Position numbers and translations under genes: made by a program. Positions 10,007 through 19,924 of a stretch of 64,000 bases of DNA are shown piece after piece; the stretch's first letter is position 1; each line of letters opens with the position of its first letter. A model generated the notes under the pieces. That model saw nothing but the letters and a program-made list of their open reading frames with translations, was not told the origin of the DNA and did not search any database. Source of the stretch: Candidatus Poribacteria bacterium (GTDB lineage: Bacteria; Poribacteria; WGA-4E; JAJDTR01); NCBI GenBank assembly GCA_965232535.1, contig CBDDPW010000021.1, positions 519,700 through 583,699 of the forward strand, read 5' to 3'.

Positions 10007-11143
10007 TTATCGGCGGATTACAAAGCCGGCGGCGGCAACAGATTTGGCAAAGACGTCTTCATCTAACCTAAGACCGAATCCGGGGGTGCAGGGAACCTTG
10101 ACGTGCCCGTCGGAGATTTCGTAGTCGGAGGCATCCAGACCGGGGGTTGATGCCTCATCCCATTCGACGAATTCAAAACCCCGGACTTTGGCTGCCAGGT
10201 GAGCCGCGACGTAGTTGCCGTAATGACCACCGTAATGATGGGGCGCGCTGCCAATCTCCCATTCGTCAAGTTGGGGACCAAGTTGCAACCAGTGCGTGAA
10301 ACCAGGATTGAAGATGTCATACTGGATGATATCTATCAAGCCTTCTCGCGCCCAATTAACCAGATTGGGTGATGCATCACCCTCTCCATCAGCGATGCGT
10401 GTCTCGAGCCCCTCCGCGTCTAGCCATTCACGCAGGCTCGCGTAGAATTTCGGATCTTCATGGAAGGCTTCCTCCATCCAGTACACGTTGGCATCCGCTG
10501 AGCTACCCAGTACGCGTTTCGTCAAACTCAAATTATATCCGTTGTTGGCATCTATCAGGATGGTCGCGTCTGCGCCCACAGCTTCCCGAACGGCGCGGAT
10601 GACACGGACATCTCTTGCCGTTCCTTTTTCGAGCGGCATGTGCATGGCACCGCGTCCGACCTTTATCTTGAACGCTTTATGCCCCCGCGCCACCCCTTCC
10701 AAGGCTTCCGACGCAATAAGAGACGCCGCTTCACTGTCATCTTTGATGTGAAGGTCATCGATGTACAATGACGTATCGTAGCAAGGCACACGAAAAACTT
10801 CGTCGCTGTCGGGTTTGCCGCCCAAGAGTGCGTAGACCGGTTTGCCGGTTAGCTGTCCCGCCAAATCCCAGAGTGGATATTCAAGCACGCGAAACCGCTT
10901 GTCAACACCGTGTTCCGGATCGAACATCCGGCTTAGTTTAAAGCCGAGAAGCGATTCCGCTTGTTCTTTGGTCAACGGCGACCAACCAAAGCCAGTTGCG
11001 CCATTATCGGCAGTAATACGGGCAATGCCCGGTCTAACCTGTGTTCCATGCTCTCCCAATCGCGAGTTGCATCCTGCGTGTCGCGGTCTGGTTCCGGTTA
11101 GGCGCGTCCATTCAATTCGATTGATGCTTGAATCGTTCATCAA
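10007..11143 (-). CDS. enolase-superfamily enzyme (mandelate racemase/muconate lactonizing enzyme family, sugar-acid dehydratase-like)
   Basis: 378-aa ORF. KIKVGR, ILIDANNGY and MEEAF metal-ligand contexts are typical of the MR/MLE family. Confidence 0.8.
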   Translation of the reverse strand: MMNDSSINRIEWTRLTGTRPRHAGCNSRLGEHGTQVRPGIARITADNGATGFGWSPLTKEQAESLLGFKLSRMFDPEHGVDKRFRVLEYPLWDLAGQLTGKPVYALLGGKPDSDEVFRVPCYDTSLYIDDLHIKDDSEAASLIASEALEGVARGHKAFKIKVGRGAMHMPLEKGTARDVRVIRAVREAVGADATILIDANNGYNLSLTKRVLGSSADANVYWMEEAFHEDPKFYASLREWLDAEGLETRIADGEGDASPNLVNWAREGLIDIIQYDIFNPGFTHWLQLGPQLDEWEIGSAPHHYGGHYGNYVAAHLAAKVRGFEFVEWDEASTPGLDASDYEISDGHVKVPCTPGFGLRLDEDVFAKSVAAAGFVIRR

Positions 11144-11358
11144 ACTTTTTTGGGAAATTCCGACAACCCCAACATATGGGGGATAGTCTTTATTCAGTCG
11201 CTTAATCTCACTCTACAATAAGAGTTATGTATCTGTTTAGTCCACCGGTCTGAATTTGCCAATCCAGACCGAGCGGGCAGGGAACACGCCGAGTAGGGAA
11301 ATACAATGCTTCCGATGAATCGGGAGTTTACATGCCCAGAACGGACGTGCAATGAAAA

Positions 11359-11473
11359 GGGATCTCTATCAGGATCTACTATTGGAACTCTATCGCAGTC
11401 ACTATCCGTTCCTTTGATCCTTCACTATTCGTTCAGTTGATCACTCATTGTCCATTCGCTTGATCACTACTAC
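11359..11473 (+). repeat. class I array: head GGGATCTCTATC/GGAACTCTATCGC, three 23-nt units ending TTGATC, then a CTACTAC tail
   Basis: Units agtcactatccgttcctttgatc / cttcactattcgttcagttgatc / actcattgtccattcgcttgatc, read directly. Confidence 0.8.
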
Positions 11474-11519
11474 AAACCGACATCGTTGATATAGATTGAT
11501 GGACTAAACAGTTGCAGAG

Positions 11520-12794
11520 TTATTTTCTAGCGATTAAGTGTCTGCCGCGATGCTGACGGCATCGGTACACTCCCCCATAATGCCGTTCATAGATGTATTC
11601 GTATACACCTTCCGAGACGCTACGCAGGATTTCTGTGCGGCGACTCACCCATGATCCGAAGGATTGGAAGCGATTCCGCAGATTGATTTTTGTCCTGTCC
11701 TCGATGATGCCGGTCAATATATACGCGCGCTGTTTCCCTTTCGGGTCGGTGATGACCAGAATCCCACTGTCTCCCACCATGCCATAAACCGTGCCGGTTT
11801 TGTTGTAGACGTGTACACCCCGCGGAATGCAGGTTTTGTCGTATAGGCGATCGCCCTTAGGCAACCGCAAATAATGTTTCATTTTCGGAGAATGGGGAAG
11901 GCGTCCCAGCCACAACTGATTGTAGAAACGGTTCATGTCGTGCGCCGAGGTCATGTTCCGATAGGTACGCCCGCCGTTTGGAATATATTCAACGATACGC
12001 GTATGCTCGAAATAGGGATAGTTCCACTTGAGGAGTTGATTGACGCGGTCGGGACCGCCAAGTAATCTGATGAAATAGTTTGTCGAGGTGTTATAACTCC
12101 TCTGAATCATGTTTTTCAGTTGTCGGCGATTCTGGTTTGTGTGATGCAATCGTCCCTGTCGAACCTCGTGAAAATAGACCAACATCACAAAATTTTTGAT
12201 AAGGGATGCCGCCATCATGGGCTGATCCTCGTTAATCGAAACGACCTTTTTCCCCTTAGAAATGTCGTAGACCACAAAACTCGTTCTGTCCGTCGATGCC
12301 AAGCGACGTCGAAATCGATTACTCTTGATGTATCTATCAATTCCCGCTTCAAGGGGTGAGTCCACGGACAGGTCCGGCGACTGCGACTTTTTGACGGCTG
12401 TCTTGCCAGACGGATTTTGGGGCACTCGTCCGCGATCTTGCAGCAGATCCATGGCTTCAGATCCTCGCTGTCTTGTCAAGTTGGCTTGGCATAGCAGCGG
12501 ATTGTGTTGCAGGATCGGCTCCATACTTTCTATGAGGCCTACTTCCCCATTTTGAATCGGGCCGAAACAACCGGCGCTGATGTCCACAACCTCTGCGTTT
12601 CCTTCATACGGCTCATGAACTTCAGGCGTCGAATCCGAATCCATATCTGTACTAGACGCCCAGCTGAAGTTCATGCCACAGTTGACGGGTTCCAACAGCG
12701 ACGATGAAAGGAAAACTGCCGAGAAACAGACCAGTACCAACCGGAGTTTTCTTTTTGTTGAATTTATATTAGGATTCGTCCTCAATCGATACAT
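11520..12794 (-). CDS. secreted class A beta-lactamase-like serine hydrolase
   Basis: SxxK (ASLIK), an SxN-like motif (STN) and KTG (NKTGT) in the expected order. I prefer the start at the internal Met (MYRLRT..hydrophobic signal) over ORF start 12857. Confidence 0.65.
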   Translation of the reverse strand: MYRLRTNPNINSTKRKLRLVLVCFSAVFLSSSLLEPVNCGMNFSWASSTDMDSDSTPEVHEPYEGNAEVVDISAGCFGPIQNGEVGLIESMEPILQHNPLLCQANLTRQRGSEAMDLLQDRGRVPQNPSGKTAVKKSQSPDLSVDSPLEAGIDRYIKSNRFRRRLASTDRTSFVVYDISKGKKVVSINEDQPMMAASLIKNFVMLVYFHEVRQGRLHHTNQNRRQLKNMIQRSYNTSTNYFIRLLGGPDRVNQLLKWNYPYFEHTRIVEYIPNGGRTYRNMTSAHDMNRFYNQLWLGRLPHSPKMKHYLRLPKGDRLYDKTCIPRGVHVYNKTGTVYGMVGDSGILVITDPKGKQRAYILTGIIEDRTKINLRNRFQSFGSWVSRRTEILRSVSEGVYEYIYERHYGGVYRCRQHRGRHLIARK

Positions 12795-13247
12795 AGTGTT
12801 CAAAATGAAATCTCTCCAAAACAATCGAACGTTGGGAACGCAGAACCGAATCGGCACTAGCGGCGCCCCCGAGTGGTTATGGAATAAATGCGGTATAATG
12901 TAACCAAGGCTATGAATGTCAACTTTATTTGAATGATCGATTAGCGTATTGGTGGTTTAATTTCAAAAAACATATGGCACATTTGGGGTGGCTGTGCGGT
13001 TAGAACGGGAGTTCTATCGCACGCTACAAATTCGTTCCGAATCGGTGGTGACTTGCTTAGAATTTACTGATTCGTAGGGGCGAGGTTACCCCGCTTCTAC
13101 GACATAGGGCTGCGCGCCACGCCCGTTGTTTTCGAGTATACCCGCCTTGACGTACACCAAGGTGAAGACTCCAAGAACGGAGATGGGTTCAATTCGTTGA
13201 ATGTTAACATGCCCTATAAACTTAGCAGACAACTCGCCCATGTCGGA

Positions 13248-14381
13248 TTAGGTAGACTGTGTGTCCTCTATGATTTCGACATTTGCGCGCGGAAGCGTTA
13301 TTTGCGCTCCATCCTCCAGCTCGATTTCCAAAATGCGCACCTTGGCGCCGGTTTCAAGCTGTTGGAGTTCGACCGGCAACGCGGTAACCCGACCAAGATT
13401 TCCGAAGTAGGGTTCACGAATTACACGAATCGGAGTGTCGATTTCAAGTTTTCCGGCTACGACGGCGTCCTCTATAAGATGCTCGCTTGATTCGAAAGGA
13501 ACAACAATCTCCGGGCGTACCACTCCAGCGCGAATTTGGGTTGTACCGTTGATGGATGTTTTGAGACCTTGTCGTTCCTTTAGTAGATCGAACGTACGAT
13601 CCGCCATCCGGATTTTTCCAAAGCCCTCGGTCACAACGAGGGTAATACCGATATCCTCGGAACCAGTTATGGCGACACCGAGTTCATAACCCAAGAGCTC
13701 CCGGAGATCTTTGTCATCAATACCGCCTACAATCAATCCTCTGACTCCGCCGCGAATCGCTGCTTGAATCGCATCGTGCGTAACAATCGAACCGCCGACA
13801 AGGATTTTGTCCCGGTGTTCAGGCTGAATCAGGTCAGATGTGAGCGGCGCATCAGGGGAGCCGACGACGACTTCCAGTATACCAAGGGTTTCGCCTCCGA
13901 TACCGAAGATTCCCTGAATGTAGGTACCGTAGGTTTCGACGGTAACCCCGTCGTTACCAGCGATGTCGGTGACAGATCCATCTACATAAGCTCTCACCTC
14001 GACAGGGATTGGCGGCTCGCGAAGAATCACCTGTCCGGTGACGTTGGAAATGTTTTCGATCGTTCCAGAAATTGGTGAACGTACTTGCGATTTGAAAAGA
14101 CCGAAAATCCCTTTCGTCTCCGCGAGGATTTCGTCCTTTTCAATCCCTTCTCCTACCTTTTTGGTTGTGTATTCGTCCACATCGTTCGCGGGGACGCTGA
14201 GCAGATTTGCAATATTCACCAGTTGCACATTACCGGGGAGATCCGCCTTTGCAACGACCTCGTCGGCACGAACATTGTCGCCGACATCGACAAGCACTTC
14301 GCCTTCGAGAGGGAGTCTTCGCTCCTTGTGTATCGTCATACCTTTCGAGACTTTCAGTCCCGGCGTATAGGCGTGCGCCAC
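13248..14381 (-). CDS. conserved hypothetical protein, co-operonic with the CPBP protease
   Basis: 377-aa ORF with a GTG start 3 nt after the upstream gene's stop. Long uninterrupted frame. No motif I can name with confidence. Confidence 0.6.
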   Translation of the reverse strand: MAHAYTPGLKVSKGMTIHKERRLPLEGEVLVDVGDNVRADEVVAKADLPGNVQLVNIANLLSVPANDVDEYTTKKVGEGIEKDEILAETKGIFGLFKSQVRSPISGTIENISNVTGQVILREPPIPVEVRAYVDGSVTDIAGNDGVTVETYGTYIQGIFGIGGETLGILEVVVGSPDAPLTSDLIQPEHRDKILVGGSIVTHDAIQAAIRGGVRGLIVGGIDDKDLRELLGYELGVAITGSEDIGITLVVTEGFGKIRMADRTFDLLKERQGLKTSINGTTQIRAGVVRPEIVVPFESSEHLIEDAVVAGKLEIDTPIRVIREPYFGNLGRVTALPVELQQLETGAKVRILEIELEDGAQITLPRANVEIIEDTQST

Positions 14382-14384
14382 GAA

Positions 14385-15200
14385 TCAAACCTCGTAATGC
14401 TGTTGGCTTTCGGCAAACCGTTGCTGGAGGGCAAAGAAAGCAGTGACAAACAGTATGACGCCAATCACGTCGAACCACCACGGTTGCAACTGAATTGGTC
14501 CTGTCGGATCCGATGAATACCCTCTGATTTCAATCTCCATCCCCAAAACAACCATCGGTATCGCATTTTTAAATGCATGTCCGAAGACACATGGCACGAT
14601 GGAACCTGTCCGAATTCTCCACCAAGCCAGGATTATCCCACCTACGAAGGCAGCTACGAATTGCCACGGATTAAAATGGAAGATGCCAAATAGCAGAGCC
14701 GAGACGACAATGGATTTTGGAACTGAATATTTGCGTAGGAATCCATCCAAAATTAGGCCGCGGAACAGGATTTCTTCCGTTAGGGGCGCAACAACTATGA
14801 GCGCCAGAATCGATCCCCAAAGACTCTGTTCCGCTCGTACCAAATCCACCAGCTGATTCATCAACCATTCCGGCGCGGGCAGCAGTGTACGTAGAACGTT
14901 GTCCGCCTCGGAGAGGAGGATTTCCAGGCCCAAGATTAGGAGTACCATTAACGGATATAGGGAACGCTCTACAGATGCGGCGGGACAGATATCCGAAAAC
15001 GATCGACTTGATTTGCCGATGCCCCATTTAATTATTAGTCCAAACGCTACGGCACTGATTGCCCCCTGGCAAGCGGGATGTTCATGCAACGGATAATCAA
15101 TCCAAACACCGACCAAATAGAGGGGGATACCTACGAGAATCAGGAGAAAGAGGAGGCATATTAACAGCCAAACGGACTGGCGGATATCCGGATAGTACAC
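14385..15200 (-). CDS. CPBP (CAAX/Abi) family intramembrane glutamic endopeptidase
   Basis: Multi-TM protein with EEILFRG, FGIFH and HAFKN motifs. Confidence 0.85.
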   Translation of the reverse strand: MYYPDIRQSVWLLICLLFLLILVGIPLYLVGVWIDYPLHEHPACQGAISAVAFGLIIKWGIGKSSRSFSDICPAASVERSLYPLMVLLILGLEILLSEADNVLRTLLPAPEWLMNQLVDLVRAEQSLWGSILALIVVAPLTEEILFRGLILDGFLRKYSVPKSIVVSALLFGIFHFNPWQFVAAFVGGIILAWWRIRTGSIVPCVFGHAFKNAIPMVVLGMEIEIRGYSSDPTGPIQLQPWWFDVIGVILFVTAFFALQQRFAESQQHYEV

Positions 15201-15349
15201 TTTATTTTGTGTGTCCTCATAAGCCGACTTTTTTCAGTTTGTCTTTGTATCCTCAAAACCTGATTGAAAAATCGGCGGCAAAGCCATTATTGGCCACCAA
15301 TTGCTGTTTTTATACACCTTGAGGATTTCTGACACGGAAATGGCTATGT

Positions 15350-15426
15350 GAGTTCTATCGCACCCCTTAATCGCTGGTATGATCGCTATCCGCTCCTTTG
15401 TTCGGTCCCCAGCCGGTCACTTGATC
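15350..15426 (+). repeat. degenerate class I-like array
   Basis: gagttctatcgc head and ..cacttgatc end with diverged units. Confidence 0.45.
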
Positions 15427-15649
15427 GCCAGTCGGAGCCTTCCGTGAAGCCTCGTGTCTTTTGGCAACAGTATAGAGTTTAACGACGATTTACCCCTATA
15501 TCGTTTCATCGGATTTGACTCGTACGAGGCATGCCAACGGACTAAATCAGAAAATTAAGCCTGTTGCAGATTCTAGTCTTCGCAACTAATAATCACATAT
15601 ACTAGCGGCTCATAGCACTCTTTTTGTCCACAATGGACTTTTACCGCTC

Positions 15650-15732
15650 GGGATTTTCTATCGCGTTGGATTAACTATGGGAGCTCTATAGCACGGGATT
15701 GGCTATCGCCCTTGTTATCCACTCGGTTGATC
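15650..15732 (+). repeat. degenerate class I-like array
   Basis: gggattttctatcgc ... ggctatcgcccttgttatccactcggttgatc. Confidence 0.4.
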
Positions 15733-15798
15733 TGTTTGATTGCGGTATGCACAAACCAAATGAAGTTGAAAAAATAATTCGGTAATATCTTAACGATG

Positions 15799-15830
15799 CT
15801 CGGTGCGGTTAGGAAACCGCACCTACCGAG
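15799..15830 (+). repeat. REP-like hairpin class B (GGTGCGGTT-N4-AACCGCACC-TACCG)
   Basis: ctcggtgcggttaggaaaccgcacctaccgag. Confidence 0.8.
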
Positions 15831-16010
15831 TTTAGGGAAAACTAGAATTACCGATTTAAATACTTAATCTTCATACAGTTTGTGCTACAAGGGCGCGTCC
15901 GATATCGTCATCGTTCATCGAATGACAATGACAATACGCGATGACACGAATATAAACGACAATTGCATCGCGGACATCATAGATGAAGCTAACGATGGCT
16001 ATTGCGCGCG

Positions 16011-16397
16011 TTAAATCTCCAGATCCAGTTCATCAAAGACTTCTTGGGCATCATGAAATGCGGAATGAGCGGCGGGTAAACCGCAGTATATTGCCGATTG
16101 GAGCACGACTTCTTTGATTTCTTCGATGGAAACGCCGTTGTTTAGCGCGGCTTTGACATGCAGTCGAAACTCGGTTTTTCTATTGAGAGCAATCAGCATC
16201 CCGACCGTAACGAGACTTCGAGAGTGCTTAGACAACTGGGGACGTGACCAGACCTCGCCCCACGCGTAACGGGTCGTCAAATCTTGGAAGGTGTCACTAA
16301 AGGCGGTGGCATTGGCTAGGGATCGATCAACATGCTCGTCTCCAAGGACTGCTCTTCGGATTTGCATGCCTTTCTCATAGCGTTCGTTTTCATCCAT
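16011..16397 (-). CDS. carboxymuconolactone decarboxylase (AhpD-like) family protein
   Basis: 128-aa ORF. YAWGEVWSRP..LVTVGMLIALNR..EEIKEVVLQSAIYCGLPAA is the typical CMD/PcaC pattern. Confidence 0.85.
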   Translation of the reverse strand: MDENERYEKGMQIRRAVLGDEHVDRSLANATAFSDTFQDLTTRYAWGEVWSRPQLSKHSRSLVTVGMLIALNRKTEFRLHVKAALNNGVSIEEIKEVVLQSAIYCGLPAAHSAFHDAQEVFDELDLEI

Positions 16398-16436
16398 CTG
16401 TCAATGTTCCTCGTGAATTCAGTGCCTCGGAGAAAG

Positions 16437-16583
16437 GAGGTCGCGATCAGGAGGGGGAACTCTATCGCCTTCCTTATTCAGTCAGTTGATCTCCTACAGT
16501 CGGGTTTCGCTGTGCTTAACCCAACTTATGATTTCTCTCGGTAGCTCTCGCGCAGGTTACGGCATACGGAGTATGCCTACTAC
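16437..16583 (+). repeat. mosaic of modules: A-variant, class I (1 unit), D-variant, class F hairpin
   Basis: ggaggtcgcgatcaggaggg; ggaactctatcgccttccttattcagtcagttgatctcctacag; tcgggtttcgctgtgcttaacccaacttatg; ggcatacggagtatgcctactac. Confidence 0.75.
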
Positions 16584-16596
16584 ATTCGCTGGCAAA

Positions 16597-17595
16597 TCAC
16601 GGTCTGTCCAATTCAACTACGCCGTGCTGTCGGCATAGGACGGCTTCATAGAGTCTCATTGTCCCGAGGCAGTCGTGGATGCTTGAAATCGGCTCACACT
16701 CTTCTCGGATAGCGCTGGCGAATTCGGTTAGGCTGTATCCGTCGCCGGTCAGTTCGCCGTTGCGTTGATCGCTGAAGTTGTCCGTAAAATGGTTTTGGGA
16801 TTCGGTGTAGTGGGCAATGCACCATAAACCGTCGAGGACAATGTATTCGCCCTGACCGGTGATTTCAACGCGGTCATAGTTACGCTTCCATAGTCGGTGG
16901 CTGTTGAGTTGCAGCGTTCCGACGGCTCCACTCTCGAACTGCAGGGTTACGGCAAAAGCGCCTTGTCCCCCAATTTCGTTGTGGAAAGAGGAAATCGCTT
17001 TGACCTCTCCACCGATGTAGCGAATCAGATTGAAATAGTGAATTGCGAAATCCAGCAAATAGACTTGCGCCGCTCCGCACCCCACTGTCTCGCCCGATTT
17101 GGAAAGACGCGAGCGGTAGTTTCCGGAGCAGAATGATCCAAGAATCTGAGTCGCATTGCCGAAACTCTCCCGCTGCATGATTTCTATGGCATGTTTCACG
17201 CCGAGGCTAAACCGCCGCTGAAAGTTCACCATCACGACTTTGTTCCTACGATTCGCGACTTCGGCTATCTCGGTCGCTGCCGCGAGGGTTTCCGCGGGCG
17301 GTTTCGGTACGAAGACGTGATATCCGGCTTCAAGAGATTCGCAGACAAGGGATTGGCGTGCTTCGGGGCCGGCACAGATAATCATGGCTTCAATGTCTTC
17401 ATTTTCCCACATCTTATGGTAGTCCGAATACCATTGCCCCGTGCCGAATTTCCCCAGCACATTTTTTGCTCTTTCCTCGTCAAGCTCGCAGATCACCTGT
17501 AAGGCAATCGGGGCGAAGTGCAGTGCCGGATAGAGTGTATGCCTCGCGAAGCCGCCTGCGCCGATAAAACCTGTTCGCAGCGGTTTTAAGTCCAT
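16597..17595 (-). CDS. Gfo/Idh/MocA family oxidoreductase
   Basis: 332-aa ORF. N-terminal GFIGAGGFA Rossmann motif and VFVPKPP (EKP-like) motif. Confidence 0.8.
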   Translation of the reverse strand: MDLKPLRTGFIGAGGFARHTLYPALHFAPIALQVICELDEERAKNVLGKFGTGQWYSDYHKMWENEDIEAMIICAGPEARQSLVCESLEAGYHVFVPKPPAETLAAATEIAEVANRRNKVVMVNFQRRFSLGVKHAIEIMQRESFGNATQILGSFCSGNYRSRLSKSGETVGCGAAQVYLLDFAIHYFNLIRYIGGEVKAISSFHNEIGGQGAFAVTLQFESGAVGTLQLNSHRLWKRNYDRVEITGQGEYIVLDGLWCIAHYTESQNHFTDNFSDQRNGELTGDGYSLTEFASAIREECEPISSIHDCLGTMRLYEAVLCRQHGVVELDRP

Positions 17596-17995
17596 GAATG
17601 CCTCTCCTGCCGCCCCTTAGCGGTCATTGACCTTGTGCCATAAATTTATAGTAGACATTTTTCCAAAAAAAATCTGGAGTCTATATGACTTCGGCCGTGT
17701 CGTAACTCGTTATTGTATGGGGCCGATGGCGTGTTAACTCAGTTTTTTCAGTTATTTCGGTTTTTTCAGTTTGTTCACAGCACGTTTTTTTGGGGCATTG
17801 TGCAGGGCTTCCGCCTGCTTGAGCACCCGCGGAGCAAGTCATGACGCGGGTTTTCAGGTTGTTGAGGTGCGGTACATGTTAGCGGAAAAAGCATTGTAAA
17901 GATCGTTTTAACGAAGTTTTGTTTCAGGTATTATCTTGCCGGCTACCGGACTTGCGTTACCGGCGGCGGATTTCTGCCTCACGAACCTGTCAGCC

Positions 17996-18178
17996 TAAAT
18001 GGTGATCTCGGTAAGTGTTTATGTAAGTGAGGAGGTCGCGATTCGGAGATCGCTCCTACAATCAGTCGGGTGACGTAAGGCGGTGTACGGCACACGGGAA
18101 TCTCTATGGGATCTCTATCGCCTTCACTATTCGTTCAGTTGATCACTCGCTATCCACTCGCTTGATCCTACTACTTTG
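17996..18178 (+). repeat. composite repeat: leader taaatggt..gtaagtga, class A hairpin, linker, class I (2 units), CTACTAC
   Basis: Read directly. Same module order as 18445-18668 and 34995-35130. Confidence 0.8.
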
Positions 18179-18444
18179 CTTGATCGCCGCTTTTCTCATT
18201 GAACCGATACAGCGAAAAGAGATGCCAACGGAGCGGGTTCTTCGGAATCGTAATGCTAACAAAATGCTAACAGAAAAAAGTCCCGCAGCCATGACGGTTT
18301 GTCATGATGCGCTACAATATACCACATACACGTTAAGTTATCAATCTAAAAGTAACGAGTTGCGGGAGGGAAGAAAAGTTGGCTGACAGTGGTTATTCCA
18401 TTTCTTCAAAATGACTGTGCACAATTGGTAGATGGCGTGAGTTG

Positions 18445-18668
18445 GAATCGCGATTCGGAGATCGCTCCTACAATCTGTCCGGTGATGTAAGGCGGTGTAC
18501 GGCACACGGGGATCTCTATCGCACTCGCTATCCACTCGCTTGATCCTACTACTTTGAAACCATGCCATATACTCTTGGCGAATGAACCACTAAATGGTTT
18601 TCTCGGCAAGTGTTTATGTAAGTGAAGATGTCGCGATTCGGAGATCGCTCCTACAATCTGTCGGGTGG
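18445..18668 (+). repeat. composite repeat: class A, linker, class I (1 unit), ctactactttgaaaccatgccatat.. segment, leader, second class A
   Basis: Class A copies at 18447-18473 and 18630-18657. The leader at 18590-18629 is about 90% identical to 17996-18034. Confidence 0.8.
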
Positions 18669-18819
18669 TGGGTTCTTTTGTGCATTCGATTTGCTGAAGA
18701 TATACCAGCCCCGTGGCTGCTTTGTTTGCTAATCAGTGTTTTCTGTATTTTCCGCTGTATCCGCGATTCAGACAATAATTATGCGCACTCCTCAAATATA
18801 TAGAGGATTGGAGCGGCGG

Positions 18820-19695
18820 CTACTCCTCAAGAAAGTGTGTTATTTCTTCGACCACCTTTTTTGCGTTCTCGCCAAGGATCATTGTAAGGTGGTTGCCGGG
18901 CACTTTCACATATTTTCCATCTGTAAGCAGCCTAGCCGTTTCCGAGGCATACTCGCAGGGCAAGACGGGCGGTGTGCCGGGGGCGCCGTAAGCCCCCGGA
19001 GCGTTGAGCAACAGCGTCGGATGCTCCACTTGAGCCACAAGCTGGCACCAATCTACCTCGTCGCTCTTCGCCGATGCTTCTTGAATTACTTTGCGAGGCG
19101 TGCGAGGTTTCACGCTTCCGTCCGACCGAAATTCGACATCCGCTCGATAGTGTGCTTCGATGTATTGGTCCCAATACCCGTCAAGGAACGGCATCCCCTT
19201 CGCCAAATTCAGGTAGGCGTCCCACGATGGGAATACTTTATCGAGCCGGTCCAGCGAGGGTTTAAGGAGGTCGCCGGTGCCGGAGGGCCAGGATATGGCG
19301 GAATCAACGACGACCAGTTTACTGAAACGTTCCGGGTACTTTGCCACCATGTAGAGCGCCAACATGCCGCCAAAGGAGTGCCCACCGAGCACTACTTGCT
19401 CGAACCCCAGTACATCCAACATGCCCACTACGTCCGCCGCGTGGTCAACCATGCCGTAGCCGGTGTCGGGTTTATCGCTCAGCCCGCGGCCCCGTAAGTC
19501 GAGAGCGAGGACGCGGTGCGCCTTGTTTAAGCCGGCGTGAATGAGACCACCAAACGAGTAGGCGTTATTTGTCAACCCCGGCATGAGCACCAAGGGGGGA
19601 TCGGCGCCGGCGTAATCCAAGTAGTGAATTCGGATGTTGTTCGTACGCGCAAAGGCTGCCATCACGCTGTTCCCGGACGGAATTGAGGGCACCAC
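18820..19695 (-). CDS. alpha/beta-fold hydrolase
   Basis: 291-aa ORF. HG-oxyanion region LVLMPGL, nucleophile elbow GHSFGG, C-terminal His context (VPGNHL). Confidence 0.85.
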   Translation of the reverse strand: MVPSIPSGNSVMAAFARTNNIRIHYLDYAGADPPLVLMPGLTNNAYSFGGLIHAGLNKAHRVLALDLRGRGLSDKPDTGYGMVDHAADVVGMLDVLGFEQVVLGGHSFGGMLALYMVAKYPERFSKLVVVDSAISWPSGTGDLLKPSLDRLDKVFPSWDAYLNLAKGMPFLDGYWDQYIEAHYRADVEFRSDGSVKPRTPRKVIQEASAKSDEVDWCQLVAQVEHPTLLLNAPGAYGAPGTPPVLPCEYASETARLLTDGKYVKVPGNHLTMILGENAKKVVEEITHFLEE

Positions 19696-19924
19696 CGGGA
19701 ATTATCATACCAGATTTTCTGCTACGCGTCAACCTGAAATTGGGAGATTTTTGGTGATTATATAATCAATTTTGGGGGTGGTGCATATTGGAACAATCGT
19801 ATCAATCTGTGACTGTGGAGCCCCTCTCTTTTTCGTTCTTGACTGGAGGTGTAATGAATGGGAACTCCACGACCGAATTTTGGAGAAGATTAATGGAGAT
19901 TTGGAATTGGGGATTATCGGCAAC

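Noticed and set aside
11359-11473. Possible CRISPR array. Regular ~23-nt repeats appear here and at 27920-28008, 18102-18172 and 33063-33144.
   Set aside because: The units abut directly with no unique spacers, there are at most three units per locus, the units are imperfect, and there are no cas genes. These are tandem-unit dispersed repeats, not CRISPR.
18027-18386. 119-aa ORF in the 17.6-18.8 kb gap (also 18594-18803 and 18736-19497).
   Set aside because: The first two are translated largely from repeat modules (class A, class I) and have no RBS or motif. 18736-19497 is antisense to the well-supported alpha/beta hydrolase.
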